Shown in pieces: positions 37,980-47,168 of a stretch of DNA of 64,000 nucleotides; position 1 is the first letter of the stretch, and every line of letters starts with the position of its first letter. Source of the stretch: Patescibacteria group bacterium (GTDB taxonomy: Bacteria; Patescibacteriota; Patescibacteriia; XYB2-FULL-38-15); the NCBI GenBank assembly GCA_041650995.1, contig JBAZJZ010000001.1, forward strand, positions 227,166-291,165. The letters are read 5' to 3'. The position numbers were made by a program, and so were the translations under genes. The notes below the pieces were generated by a model. That model was not told where the DNA came from, searched no databases, and saw only the letters and a list, made by a program, of their open reading frames with translations.

Positions 37980-40613
37980 ATGCCAATGCTCCCGCAAAAT
38001 TTTACCACTAAATCTCAGGAAGCCCTGCAGGCGGCCCAGGGTTTGGTTTTTGAATATAACCATCAATATTTGGATCCTCTTCACGTTTTTTCAGCTCTTT
38101 TGGACCAGGAGGGCGGGATTGTTGGTTCGCTTCTTCAAAAACTGGGGATTAATATAGTTGATTTAAAACAAAGAATTTTAACAGAGTTTCAAAAATTACC
38201 AAAGCACGCCGGTCGGAGGCAAGGAGGTATGGCGCAAATGAATGTTGGGCAGGAAATGGTTCAAGTTTTTTATGCCGTGGAAAAAGAAGCCAAAAAAATG
38301 AAAGATGAATATATTAGCACTGAACATATGCTTTTGGGATTAGTAAGCGTGAAAAGCCGGGCTAGTGAAATTTTATCTGCGGCGGGCGTAACCTACGACG
38401 GAGCGCTTAAGGTTCTCGCTGAAGTTCGCGGTACGCAGAAAGTTGATTCACCGGAACCGGAAGCAAAATACCAAGTTTTGGAAAAATATACGATTAATCT
38501 TACAGAATTAGCTCGTCAGAAAAAACTTGATCCGGTCATAGGCCGCGATGAAGAAATCCGTCGCGTGATGCAAGTGCTTTCGCGCCGGACAAAAAATAAT
38601 CCGGTTTTAATCGGCGAGGCTGGTACGGGAAAAACCGCGATTGTCGAAGGTTTAGCGCAGCGAATCGTGGCCGGCGATGTGCCAGAAAGTTTAAAAGATA
38701 AAGAGTTGGTTTCCTTGGATTTGGGTTCACTTTTGGCTGGGACAAAATTTCGCGGTGAATTTGAAGACCGATTGAAGGCTGTAATTAAAGAAGTAAAACA
38801 AGCCAGCGGAAAAATAATTTTATTTATTGACGAATTGCATACAATCGTTGGGGCGGGCGCGCTTGAGGGAGCGATGGACGCTTCTAATATGTTAAAACCG
38901 GCTCTGGCTCGCGGTGAATTGCATACGATTGGCGCGACAACCATCAAGGAATATCATAAGTACGTGGAAAAAGACGCGGCCCTGGAACGGCGTTTCCAGC
39001 CAGTCTTTGTCGGCGAACCGTCGGTAGAAGATACGATTGCTATCTTGCGTGGCATCAAAGAAAAATATGAGGTTCATCACGGCGTAAAAATTACCGATGC
39101 GGCGATTATCGCGGCGGCAACTCTTTCGCATCGCTATATTTCAGACCGTTTTCTACCCGACAAAGCAGTGGACTTAATTGATGAAGCAACATCCGCACTC
39201 AGAATGGAAATTGATTCTATGCCGACCGAGCTGGATCAGCTGAAAAGAAAAATGATGAAATTGGAAATTGAGCGGCAAGCTTTGATGAAAGAAAAAAATG
39301 AAGACGTAAAAGATGAACTTAAAAAATTAACTAAAGAATTAGCCGAAACGCAGGAAAAATCAAAAGAATTAGAGATCGGCTGGCGTTATGAAAAAGATTT
39401 GATTAGCCAAATTAGAAAAGCGCAAAAACAAATTGATTATTTAAAACAACAAGCTGATATTGCCGAGCGAAAAAGCGAATTAGAAAAAGTCGCCGAGATT
39501 CGTTATGGCAAAATTCCGGAATTAGAAAAAGAAATCAAGACTTTGGAAAAAAAATTAAAAAAAGCGCCAGCAGACAAAAGAATTTTGCGCGAAGAGGTTA
39601 CTGACGAAGATATCGCGAAAGTTGTTTCCCGTTGGACCGGCGTTCCGGTTTCAAAAATGCTTCAAGGTGAGGTGGAAAAATTGGCACACGCCGAGGACGA
39701 ATTGAGCAAAAGAGTTATCGGTCAGAAAGACGCGATAAAAACTATTGCTAATGCGTTGCGTCGTTCACGGGCCGGAATTTCTGAAGAGAAAAAACCGATT
39801 GGCTCATTCATTTTTGTCGGCCCGACCGGCGTTGGTAAAACTGAACTTTCAAAAGCTTTGGCGGAATTTATGTTTAATGATGAAAACGCGCTTGTCAGGG
39901 TTGATATGTCAGAATATATGGAAAAACATTCCGTGGCGCGGCTCGTTGGCTCCCCTCCCGGTTACGTCGGCTATGATGAAGGCGGACAATTAACCGAAGC
40001 TATTCGCCGCCGGCCGTATTCTGTCGTTCTTTTTGATGAAATTGAAAAAGCCCATCCCGAAGTCTTTAATATTTTGCTTCAGATTTTAGACGATGGGCGT
40101 TTGACTGACGGTCGCGGCCGCACCGTGAATTTTAAAAATACGATTATTATCATGACCTCAAATCTTGGTAATCAGGTTATTCGAGATTTTTCTATTGGTT
40201 TTCAAGATGGAGAAAATCGTGAAATAAGCCGCGACAGCGAAATGCGCAGTAAGATTATGGACATTCTTCGAGAGACGTTTAAGTTGGAATTTTTAAACCG
40301 TATTGATGAGATTGTGATCTTCAAGAGTTTGGGAAAAACGGAAATCGGAAAAATTATTGAATTGCAGTTAGTCGAAGTTCAAAAACGGCTTAATGCTAAA
40401 AAAATAAAATTGGATATTGCCGATACAGTTAAAAAGATGCTCGCGGAAAAAGGCTTTGATCCGATTTTTGGAGCCCGTCCATTGAAACGTGTTATTCAAA
40501 ATCAGATTTTAGACGAGCTGGCGCTGCAGATTATTGAGGGAAAAATAAAAGACGGAGATAAGGTGGAGATTGACCTAGGTAAAGAGAAAAAAATTACATT
40601 TGCAATAAAATAA
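37980..40613 (+). CDS. clpB: ClpB disaggregase chaperone (AAA+)
   Basis: Two Walker A motifs, GEAGTGKT and GPTGVGKT, with a long M-domain coiled coil. Confidence 0.9.
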   Translation: MPMLPQNFTTKSQEALQAAQGLVFEYNHQYLDPLHVFSALLDQEGGIVGSLLQKLGINIVDLKQRILTEFQKLPKHAGRRQGGMAQMNVGQEMVQVFYAVEKEAKKMKDEYISTEHMLLGLVSVKSRASEILSAAGVTYDGALKVLAEVRGTQKVDSPEPEAKYQVLEKYTINLTELARQKKLDPVIGRDEEIRRVMQVLSRRTKNNPVLIGEAGTGKTAIVEGLAQRIVAGDVPESLKDKELVSLDLGSLLAGTKFRGEFEDRLKAVIKEVKQASGKIILFIDELHTIVGAGALEGAMDASNMLKPALARGELHTIGATTIKEYHKYVEKDAALERRFQPVFVGEPSVEDTIAILRGIKEKYEVHHGVKITDAAIIAAATLSHRYISDRFLPDKAVDLIDEATSALRMEIDSMPTELDQLKRKMMKLEIERQALMKEKNEDVKDELKKLTKELAETQEKSKELEIGWRYEKDLISQIRKAQKQIDYLKQQADIAERKSELEKVAEIRYGKIPELEKEIKTLEKKLKKAPADKRILREEVTDEDIAKVVSRWTGVPVSKMLQGEVEKLAHAEDELSKRVIGQKDAIKTIANALRRSRAGISEEKKPIGSFIFVGPTGVGKTELSKALAEFMFNDENALVRVDMSEYMEKHSVARLVGSPPGYVGYDEGGQLTEAIRRRPYSVVLFDEIEKAHPEVFNILLQILDDGRLTDGRGRTVNFKNTIIIMTSNLGNQVIRDFSIGFQDGENREISRDSEMRSKIMDILRETFKLEFLNRIDEIVIFKSLGKTEIGKIIELQLVEVQKRLNAKKIKLDIADTVKKMLAEKGFDPIFGARPLKRVIQNQILDELALQIIEGKIKDGDKVEIDLGKEKKITFAIK

Positions 40614-40628
40614 AAGTATTTAAAAATT

Positions 40629-40654
40629 ACGGCCGAAAAAGCCGTGGTTTTTTT
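40629..40654 (+). terminator. clpB terminator ACGGC..GCCGT followed by TTTTTTT
   Basis: Stem with a T-tract. Confidence 0.5.
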
Positions 40655-40656
40655 AT

Positions 40657-40704
40657 AAAAAAAGACCCGACTCGGAAGATATTTCAGTCTCTTCACGAGT
40701 CGGG
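40657..40704 (-). terminator. minus-strand terminator CCCGACTCG..CGAGTCGGG for the island E operon
   Basis: An A-run precedes the stem on the + strand, which gives a T-tract on the - strand. Confidence 0.5.
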
Positions 40705-40722
40705 GTGACTCCAGTCTGGGAG

Positions 40723-40914
40723 TCAGCAGGGTCTAAACGCGATGGGTTCGCGCCGCCAGCCGAAACCGTCCGTCATCTTCTCGCTTCTCCCCCCTTCGCG
40801 AAGCGCGCCGTCCTGTGGTGCACCACAAAAGGCAATCGCAACCGGCGGTGGGGACGAAAAGAGCCGTGCCAGGTTTCGCGTGACGAAGTGCGCGAACAGT
40901 CCAGCACTTAGCAT
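40723..40914 (-). CDS. hypothetical 63 aa protein (E3), GC-rich
   Basis: RBS GGAGGAGG sits 6 nt upstream of the ATG. Confidence 0.35.
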   Translation of the reverse strand: MLSAGLFAHFVTRNLARLFSSPPPVAIAFCGAPQDGALREGGRSEKMTDGFGWRREPIAFRPC

Positions 40915-41016
40915 GCCGGACCTCCTCCGTTCCCTCGGATTTGGGTCAGTGTTAGGTTCCCGCCATTCTTCTTTCTTCGCCCGGGTTTCAGCGCGACGGC
41001 TGACGCTGTCCCGGGC

Positions 41017-41217
41017 TTATGCAGCGAGCGAGCACTCTCCCAAGATCACCTTGGTGAAGACCGCGTCGGACGTGCCTCGGGTTCCAGCTGTTGGCTGGTT
41101 CCCGTGCGCACCAAAAGTGCCAAGGAAGATGTCGGGCAAGGGTTCGAGCCAGAGATCCGGAACGAGCGTCACAGCGACCGCGACGCCAATCATCGGACCG
41201 AGGAAATCCACCATCAC
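41017..41217 (-). CDS. hypothetical 66 aa protein (E2), coupled to E1 by an ATGA overlap
   Basis: An internal ATG of the 126-aa track ORF overlaps the E1 stop. Confidence 0.35.
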   Translation of the reverse strand: MMVDFLGPMIGVAVAVTLVPDLWLEPLPDIFLGTFGAHGNQPTAGTRGTSDAVFTKVILGECSLAA

Positions 41218-41450
41218 CGCTCTCCTTTCGCGAATCGCCTTCTCTCCCCTACGTTCCTTATCTTGCCCCAAACCCACATGATTCCGGAGAGGAATGAGAA
41301 AAAGCACAGGAAGTATGGCCACAGCAAGATCACGATAATGATGAGGGAGACGTCTGACAGATTGGACTTCAATTCCTTCCGGAGTTGCTTCCAACATACC
41401 ACGACTACTAGGGCCGCGACGATCCCGACGATCCAGATTGTGGTTGCCAC
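41214..41450 (-). CDS. hypothetical 78 aa small membrane protein (E1), GTG start
   Basis: Two hydrophobic helices. RBS GAGAGGGAAG. Confidence 0.45.
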   Translation of the reverse strand: MATTIWIVGIVAALVVVVCWKQLRKELKSNLSDVSLIIIVILLWPYFLCFFSFLSGIMWVWGKIRNVGERRRFAKGER

Positions 41451-41513
41451 GTTACTTCCCTCTCTATTTCTACGCGGGCAAAATGCCTCGCGTTAAGGTT
41501 TTAACCTTTTGAT

Positions 41514-41542
41514 TAGATTAAGACAGGATTAATTTTCTGTCA
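41514..41542 (-). promoter_or_regulatory. promoter TTGACA-17-TAATCT on the minus strand for the E operon. Coordinates are approximate.
   Basis: Reverse complement of CTGTCAAGAG...AGATTA. Confidence 0.35.
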
Positions 41543-41599
41543 AGAGATAATTTATAAATAAAAAGAGCCGACCCAAGGTTTGACAACCTATGGATCGGC

Positions 41600-41860
41600 G
41601 GATGACGAGAGTTGGCGTCCTCGAAGTAGTACCGTCAGGTTGACGGTCGCTGAGTAGCGTCAAGGTGTTTGACTACACCGAGGACAGAAGCCTGGTGGCG
41701 CCGGTGGGGTCCGGTCAGGTCGACGTGGACGTCGGGGAAGCGAACATGTGATTTCCGCTGTCGCGCGAACGCGCGAACGGACCGTACCTGATTCCCATCT
41801 GATCCTCCTTCTTCCGTAGGGGGGTTGCCTTTCACCGTGGAAGACTTCCCCACCCCATGA
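41600..41860 (-). other. GC-rich structured transcription unit with three tandem palindromes, a 27-codon ORF (MGIRYGPFARSRDSGNHMFASPTSTST) behind a GAAGGAGGA RBS, and its own imperfect terminator at about 41560-41600
   Basis: The palindromes are CCGTCAggTTGACGG, GACGCT..AGCGTC and GGTGTttgactACACC. Confidence 0.3.
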
Positions 41861-41866
41861 TGTCAA

Positions 41867-41895
41867 TATATTAACACAAGATTGTGTTGTTGTCA
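41867..41895 (-). promoter_or_regulatory. promoter TTGACA-17-TAATAT on the minus strand driving the structured unit
   Basis: It sits back to back with the + strand extended -10 (TGgTAAAAT) of the next gene. Confidence 0.35.
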
Positions 41896-41997
41896 AGAGG
41901 AAAATGTGGTAAAATAGAATCAGCAGTCATTTTGAATTATGGTTTTTGTTTTTAACTTAGCCATAATTCCCGATTCATAATTCATGACTAAAAACCC

Positions 41998-43392
41998 ATG
42001 AAAAATATTAAATTTAGAAAATTCATAAGTTTTGTTGCCCTTATTTCTATCTTTCTGCCCAATCTTGCTTTTGCCGAATTTAATCCAAACTATATTATTT
42101 CCGATCAGGAATTAACTGATCAAAATTCAATGTCTTTGACACAGGTTCAAAAGTTTCTGGAAGATAAGGGCAGTTCTCTCGCCCATTACGCGACAATTGA
42201 TACTGACGGCCTTGGCCGGACTGCCTCGGAAATTATCTGGCGAGTGGCCCAAAGTTATAAAATCAGCCCAAAGGTTTTGCTTGTTACCTTACAAAAAGAA
42301 CAAAGTTTAGTTACGACCGCTGTTCCAACACAAAAACAACTTGATTGGGCAACGGGCTACGGTATTTGTGATTCTTGTTCCATGTCCGACCCTACTCTTC
42401 AAAAATACAAAGGTTTTGCCACTCAAGTTGATTACGCAGCCGGCTGGAAAAGATGGTTTTTAGATAATGCCTTGACCCTCTCCTGGGTAAAACTTCCCGG
42501 CGTAACTTATTTAATTGATACTTACAAAATTACTCCGAGTAATTTGGCCACGGCGGCTTTTTACACTTATACTCCGCACTATCATGGAAATTATAATTTT
42601 TGGAAACTTTGGCAGGATTGGTTTGGAAAATTTTTCCCTGATGGAACAGTTTTAAAAGAAGCTGATGGAACTGGTATTTGGTTGCTTCAACGCGGACTAA
42701 AACGCCAATTTTCCAGTTACTCCGCTTTTATTTCCCGTTATTCTCCGGATAAACTAATTACCGTGTCAAAAAGCGAATTGGAAAATTATGAAACAGGCAC
42801 GCCAATAAAGTTCCCTGATTATTCTCTTCTCCGCTCACCCGCCGGCACGGTTTATCTTTTAGTCGGCGATACGCGACGCGGCTTTTCTTCAAACGAAGTT
42901 TTCCGGACAATCGGATTTAATCCTGATGAGGTCATGGACGCGACATGGGAAGATTTAAACGCCTACATTGAAAACGATCCAATCACTATGCAAAGCGTTT
43001 ACCCGACAGGCGCGCTTTTGCAGGATAAAACTTCGGGCGGAGTTTACTATGTGGAAAACGGAATAAAAAAGCCTCTTTGGGCAAAACAATTTTTAACTTT
43101 ATATTTTGCGAATAAAAAAATCACGGTTGTCTCTCCTGATGAATTAAAGAAATATCCGACGGGCGAACCGGTAAGATTCAAGGATGGCGAACTGGTTCTT
43201 GGAGAAAGTGCCCCAACAGTTTATTTTATTTCAAATGGTGAACGACGGCCGATTCCCACAGAACAAGTTTTTAACGGTCTTGGATTTAAATGGACGAATA
43301 TTATAAAAACCACGGATAAAATTTTATCCCTGCATCCGCTCGGTTCGACAATTTACCTTGGCGGCGCAGTAGAGACAACGGTCAACAATTAA
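41998..43392 (+). CDS. secreted protein with four internal repeats of about 45 aa in the C-terminal half
   Basis: Signal peptide FISFVALISIFLPNLAFA. The repeats follow the pattern G.VY...NG.RRPI....F..LGF. Confidence 0.55.
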   Translation: MKNIKFRKFISFVALISIFLPNLAFAEFNPNYIISDQELTDQNSMSLTQVQKFLEDKGSSLAHYATIDTDGLGRTASEIIWRVAQSYKISPKVLLVTLQKEQSLVTTAVPTQKQLDWATGYGICDSCSMSDPTLQKYKGFATQVDYAAGWKRWFLDNALTLSWVKLPGVTYLIDTYKITPSNLATAAFYTYTPHYHGNYNFWKLWQDWFGKFFPDGTVLKEADGTGIWLLQRGLKRQFSSYSAFISRYSPDKLITVSKSELENYETGTPIKFPDYSLLRSPAGTVYLLVGDTRRGFSSNEVFRTIGFNPDEVMDATWEDLNAYIENDPITMQSVYPTGALLQDKTSGGVYYVENGIKKPLWAKQFLTLYFANKKITVVSPDELKKYPTGEPVRFKDGELVLGESAPTVYFISNGERRPIPTEQVFNGLGFKWTNIIKTTDKILSLHPLGSTIYLGGAVETTVNN

Positions 43393-43411
43393 AATTAATA
43401 ATTAGAAAATT

Positions 43412-44203
43412 ATGCTGACTTTCGCGGCAATTACTCCTCATCCTCCAATTTTAATTCCTACAATCGGCCGAGAAAATACAAAAATAATTAAAAAAACCGC
43501 CGAAGCAATGGAAGAGTTGGAGAAAAAACTTTTCGAAGCCAAGCCTGATATCATAATTGTTATTTCTCCCCACGGCGTGCTTTTGCCGGACGCTTTTTCA
43601 ATTAATTTAAATCCTGAATACGTGAGTAATTTGGAAGAATTTGGTGATTTTTCTACTAAAATCAAATTTAAAACAAACACAGCTTTGGCTTTTCGTATCA
43701 AGGAATTGATGGAAGATAAAAATATTCCCCTAACTTTAACGAGCAACGTATTTTTGGATCATGGTGTAGTTGTTCCTCTTTATTTTTTGACAAAAAGGCT
43801 TTCGAAAGTTTCTATTTTACCTATCAGCTACTCATTGCTTGATTTTAAAACAAATTTTAATTTTGGAGATATTCTAAAGGAAATAATTTTAAATGAAGAT
43901 AAAAAAATCGCGGTCATCGCATCAGGAGATCTTTCTCATTGTCTTACTAAAGACGCGCCAGCAGGATATTCGCCGCGAGGTAAAGAATTTGATGATAAAT
44001 TGATTGAGCTTATCACTAATAAAAATACTGCGGGAATTTTAAAATTAGATACCGATCTAGTAGAAAAAGCCGGTGAGTGCGGTCTGCGCTCCATTTTAAT
44101 TCTTCTTGGATTGCTTGAAAGAATAAATTACACGCCAGAAATTTTATCATACGAGGGTCCATTTGGGGTTGGCTATCTCGTCGCCAATTTTAAACTTGAA
44201 TAA
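43412..44203 (+). CDS. amrB: AmmeMemoRadiSam system protein B-like (Memo/LigB superfamily)
   Basis: ITPHPPIL, ISPHG and SGDLSH motifs. It is adjacent to an AMMECR1 gene. Confidence 0.5.
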   Translation: MLTFAAITPHPPILIPTIGRENTKIIKKTAEAMEELEKKLFEAKPDIIIVISPHGVLLPDAFSINLNPEYVSNLEEFGDFSTKIKFKTNTALAFRIKELMEDKNIPLTLTSNVFLDHGVVVPLYFLTKRLSKVSILPISYSLLDFKTNFNFGDILKEIILNEDKKIAVIASGDLSHCLTKDAPAGYSPRGKEFDDKLIELITNKNTAGILKLDTDLVEKAGECGLRSILILLGLLERINYTPEILSYEGPFGVGYLVANFKLE

Positions 44204-44729
44204 AATGAATGCTCATGTAAAACTGGCCAAGGATACAATTGAAGCTTATCTTAAAACAGGAAAAATCCCTCCCCTGCCCGATAATTTGCCAAAAAATTTT
44301 TTGACTTCCCGGGCGGGGGTTTTTGTAAGTATATATAATGGCGATGATTTACGCGGCTGTATCGGAACATATCTTCCGACAGAGCAAAGCCTTGCGGAAG
44401 AAATTATCCAAAATTCACTTTCCGCAGCGACTAGCGATTATCGCTTTAAACCGATTACGGAGAAAGAATTACCAGATTTTTCTTATTCAGTCTATATTTT
44501 AAGCGAGCCGCGAAAAATAAAAAATTTGAAGGAGCTTAATCCAAAAAAATACGGCATTTTAATTAAATCGGAAACGGGAAAATCAGGACTCCTTTTACCG
44601 GATTTGGAAGGAATTAATACCGTAGAAGAACAGCTATCAGCTGTTTGTAGCAAATGCGGTGTAGATTTATCAAAAGAAAAAATCACCATTTTTAAATTTA
44701 GCGCTACAAAATACGATTCAAATAATTAA
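44163..44729 (+). CDS. amrA: AMMECR1-domain protein (AmmeMemoRadiSam system protein A)
   Basis: LRGCIGTY hallmark motif. Confidence 0.75.
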   Translation: MGLAISSPILNLNKMNAHVKLAKDTIEAYLKTGKIPPLPDNLPKNFLTSRAGVFVSIYNGDDLRGCIGTYLPTEQSLAEEIIQNSLSAATSDYRFKPITEKELPDFSYSVYILSEPRKIKNLKELNPKKYGILIKSETGKSGLLLPDLEGINTVEEQLSAVCSKCGVDLSKEKITIFKFSATKYDSNN

Positions 44730-44732
44730 ACT

Positions 44733-46676
44733 ATGTTTGTTGAAGTTATTCCCCTGGCTCGTCTACCTAAAAACCTTTCTTCTTTCGATTATGAAGTCCC
44801 TCAAAATCTTGAGGGACAAATTAAAATTGGCCAGATCGCGAAAATTCCTTTTCGCGGCAAAAAAATCAGCGGAATTATTATCGCTATAAAAAATCAACCG
44901 GCTGAAATTAAGGCCGCCATTAGGCCGATTTTAAAAATCATTGATTTTGAGGAAAATTTAGATAAAAAATATTTGGAACTTCTGCGTTGGCTTGCCGATT
45001 ATTATCTCGTTTCCTCCGCCCTTGTTTTAAAAACTCTTCTTCCCTCTCCGCCGCAGAAAATAAGTAATTTTAAAATTATTCCACGGCCGACACCTTCACC
45101 CCCAAGTGTCTCCAAAGTGGATTTAGAAGAAATTAAAAAAATCGTTAAGAAAATAATTTCTTCTAAAAAACATCATTTTCTTTTTCACTATAAAAATAAT
45201 AGAAATAAAGTTGCGGTATTTTTAAAGTGTGCGGAAAAAATAGTTTCGGAAGGCCATGGCGTTCTTATTCTTCTTCCTCAAATAAGTGATGTTTTAGAAA
45301 TTTTTTCCTATTTTTCCAGCTTATTTTCCGGAAAAATTTCTCTCCTCCACGGAGAACTATCTAAAACGGAGTATTGGCAAGAGTGGCAAAAAATAAAACG
45401 GAGAGAAACCAGAATTGCGATCGGCACAAGATCCGCGTTTTTTGTCCCCTTTAAAAATCTTGGGCTGGTTATTATTGATAATGAAGAAGCGCCAGATTTT
45501 AAGCAGTCAGATCAAAATCCTCACTACGACGCAAGAGATGCTGCGATGAAGCTATCAGAAATCACTGGCGCAAAAATAATTTTTGCAAGCCAAGCGCCGC
45601 GACCTGAAACATATTTTGAATCGCAAAATAATCCAGATTTTGATTATCTCCCTCCGGAAATCCCCTCCCCTCCCGTTTCTGATCTTATTGACATGAATAA
45701 TGAAATAAAAAATAAAAATTTTTCTTCTTTAAGCGGAAAAATAAAAGAAAAAATATCCGAAACTCTTTCCAAAAAACAAAAAGTTATTTTACTCCTAAAT
45801 CGCCGCGGGGCGGGAACCGCGATTATTTGCCGCGATTGCGATCATATTTTTAAATGTAAAACATGCGAAACCTCGCTCATTTGCCACGATGAAGGATGTA
45901 ATTTACCCAGCAGATTTGTTTGCCACAATTGCGGGGCGGAAGAATCAGCGCAACTTGTTTGCCCAAAATGTCGGGGCAGTAATATTAAATATCTTGGCGT
46001 AGGAACGCAAACCGTAGAAAAAGAAATTAAAAATTTATTTCCCAAAGAAAATATTTTAAGAATTGATAAAGACGCAAAATCTCTGAATCAAAATTTTCCC
46101 TCAGACGCAGAGATTTTTATTGGCACTCAATTCTTTATTAAAAACTATTTAGCGCGGGTTAAAAATATTGGATTGATCGGTGTCATTTCAGCGGATACAC
46201 TAATTTATCGACCAGACTTTCGCTCCGGGGAGAAAATTTTTTCTTGGCTGACAGGTATTATTAATTTTTCCCGCAGTATAAAAAGTCCCCTTATAATTCA
46301 AACTTTTTTTCCAAATAATTTTGTTATTCAAAGCGCTATTGGGGAAAGTCCAGAATCTTTTTATCTTGAAGAGTTGGATAATCGTCAAGTATTGAGTTAT
46401 CCGCCATTTGGTAAAATGATCAAATTGACTTATGGTAATACTGAAGAAAAAAAATGTTTTGATGAGTCGGATAAAATTTTTAAATTATTGAAAAATAGTT
46501 TAGAGGGAAAGGCGGATATTTTTTTTGAGTCCAAACCAAAAAGAGAAAAAAGAAAATTTTTTTCGAAAATTATTATTAAATTTTCTAAAGACTACGAACC
46601 AGTGATAAAAAATGTTATTATAAAAAATATCCCTGATTCCTGGACTATTGACATTGACCCGGAAAATATACTATAA
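44733..46676 (+). CDS. priA: primosomal protein N' (PriA)-like with a degenerate Walker A
   Basis: PriA N-terminus FDYEVPQ..IPFRGKKISGII and a Cys-rich zinc region CRDCDH..CKTCE..CHNCG..CPKC. No GxGKT motif. Confidence 0.6.
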   Translation: MFVEVIPLARLPKNLSSFDYEVPQNLEGQIKIGQIAKIPFRGKKISGIIIAIKNQPAEIKAAIRPILKIIDFEENLDKKYLELLRWLADYYLVSSALVLKTLLPSPPQKISNFKIIPRPTPSPPSVSKVDLEEIKKIVKKIISSKKHHFLFHYKNNRNKVAVFLKCAEKIVSEGHGVLILLPQISDVLEIFSYFSSLFSGKISLLHGELSKTEYWQEWQKIKRRETRIAIGTRSAFFVPFKNLGLVIIDNEEAPDFKQSDQNPHYDARDAAMKLSEITGAKIIFASQAPRPETYFESQNNPDFDYLPPEIPSPPVSDLIDMNNEIKNKNFSSLSGKIKEKISETLSKKQKVILLLNRRGAGTAIICRDCDHIFKCKTCETSLICHDEGCNLPSRFVCHNCGAEESAQLVCPKCRGSNIKYLGVGTQTVEKEIKNLFPKENILRIDKDAKSLNQNFPSDAEIFIGTQFFIKNYLARVKNIGLIGVISADTLIYRPDFRSGEKIFSWLTGIINFSRSIKSPLIIQTFFPNNFVIQSAIGESPESFYLEELDNRQVLSYPPFGKMIKLTYGNTEEKKCFDESDKIFKLLKNSLEGKADIFFESKPKREKRKFFSKIIIKFSKDYEPVIKNVIIKNIPDSWTIDIDPENIL

Positions 46677-46685
46677 TATTTTATT

Positions 46686-47159
46686 ATGATTTTACCTATT
46701 ATCACAACTCCAAATCCAATTCTTCGTCAACACGCGAAAGAAATAAATCCAGAAGAAATCAAAAGCGAGGCTATTCAAAAATTGATTTCCGATATGAAAG
46801 AAACCGTAAGGCCAGCTGGCGGGATTGGTTTAGCCGCTCCGCAAGTTGGAATTTCAATGAGATTAATTGTGGTTGTTACGCAAGAAAAAGTAATGGCTTT
46901 AATCAATCCGGAAATTATTAATTTTTCTTGGCGAAAAGAAGCTGCCGAGGAAGGTTGTCTTTCTGTTCCGGGAAAATGGGGTCCGGTAAAAAGATCAAAA
47001 ATTATTAAAGTTAAGGCGTTCGATGAAAACGGCAAATCTATAAAATTTAAGGCTAAAGATCTTTTTGCCCGCGTTATTCAGCATGAAGTTGACCATTTAA
47101 ACGGCGTACTCTTTATTGATCGGGCGAAAAAAGTTATTGAAGAAGCGCCGAAAATTTAG
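46686..47159 (+). CDS. def: peptide deformylase
   Basis: GIGLAAPQVG, EGCLSVPG and QHEVDHLNG motifs. Confidence 0.9.
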   Translation: MILPIITTPNPILRQHAKEINPEEIKSEAIQKLISDMKETVRPAGGIGLAAPQVGISMRLIVVVTQEKVMALINPEIINFSWRKEAAEEGCLSVPGKWGPVKRSKIIKVKAFDENGKSIKFKAKDLFARVIQHEVDHLNGVLFIDRAKKVIEEAPKI

Positions 47160-47168
47160 ATTAAAATT

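Noticed and set aside
40742-41281. The 179-aa + strand ORF in island E (MGSRRQPKPSVIFSLLPP...)
   Set aside because: It is low complexity and S/R/P-rich. It has no RBS, and it lies antisense to three minus-strand ORFs that have strong RBSs and ATGA coupling. It is probably a GC-rich spurious frame.
41017-41397. The full 126-aa minus-strand ORF in island E
   Set aside because: Its first 60 codons overlap E1 in another frame. The internal ATG overlapping the E1 stop (ATGA) gives a cleaner coupled 66-aa gene. Both remain possible.
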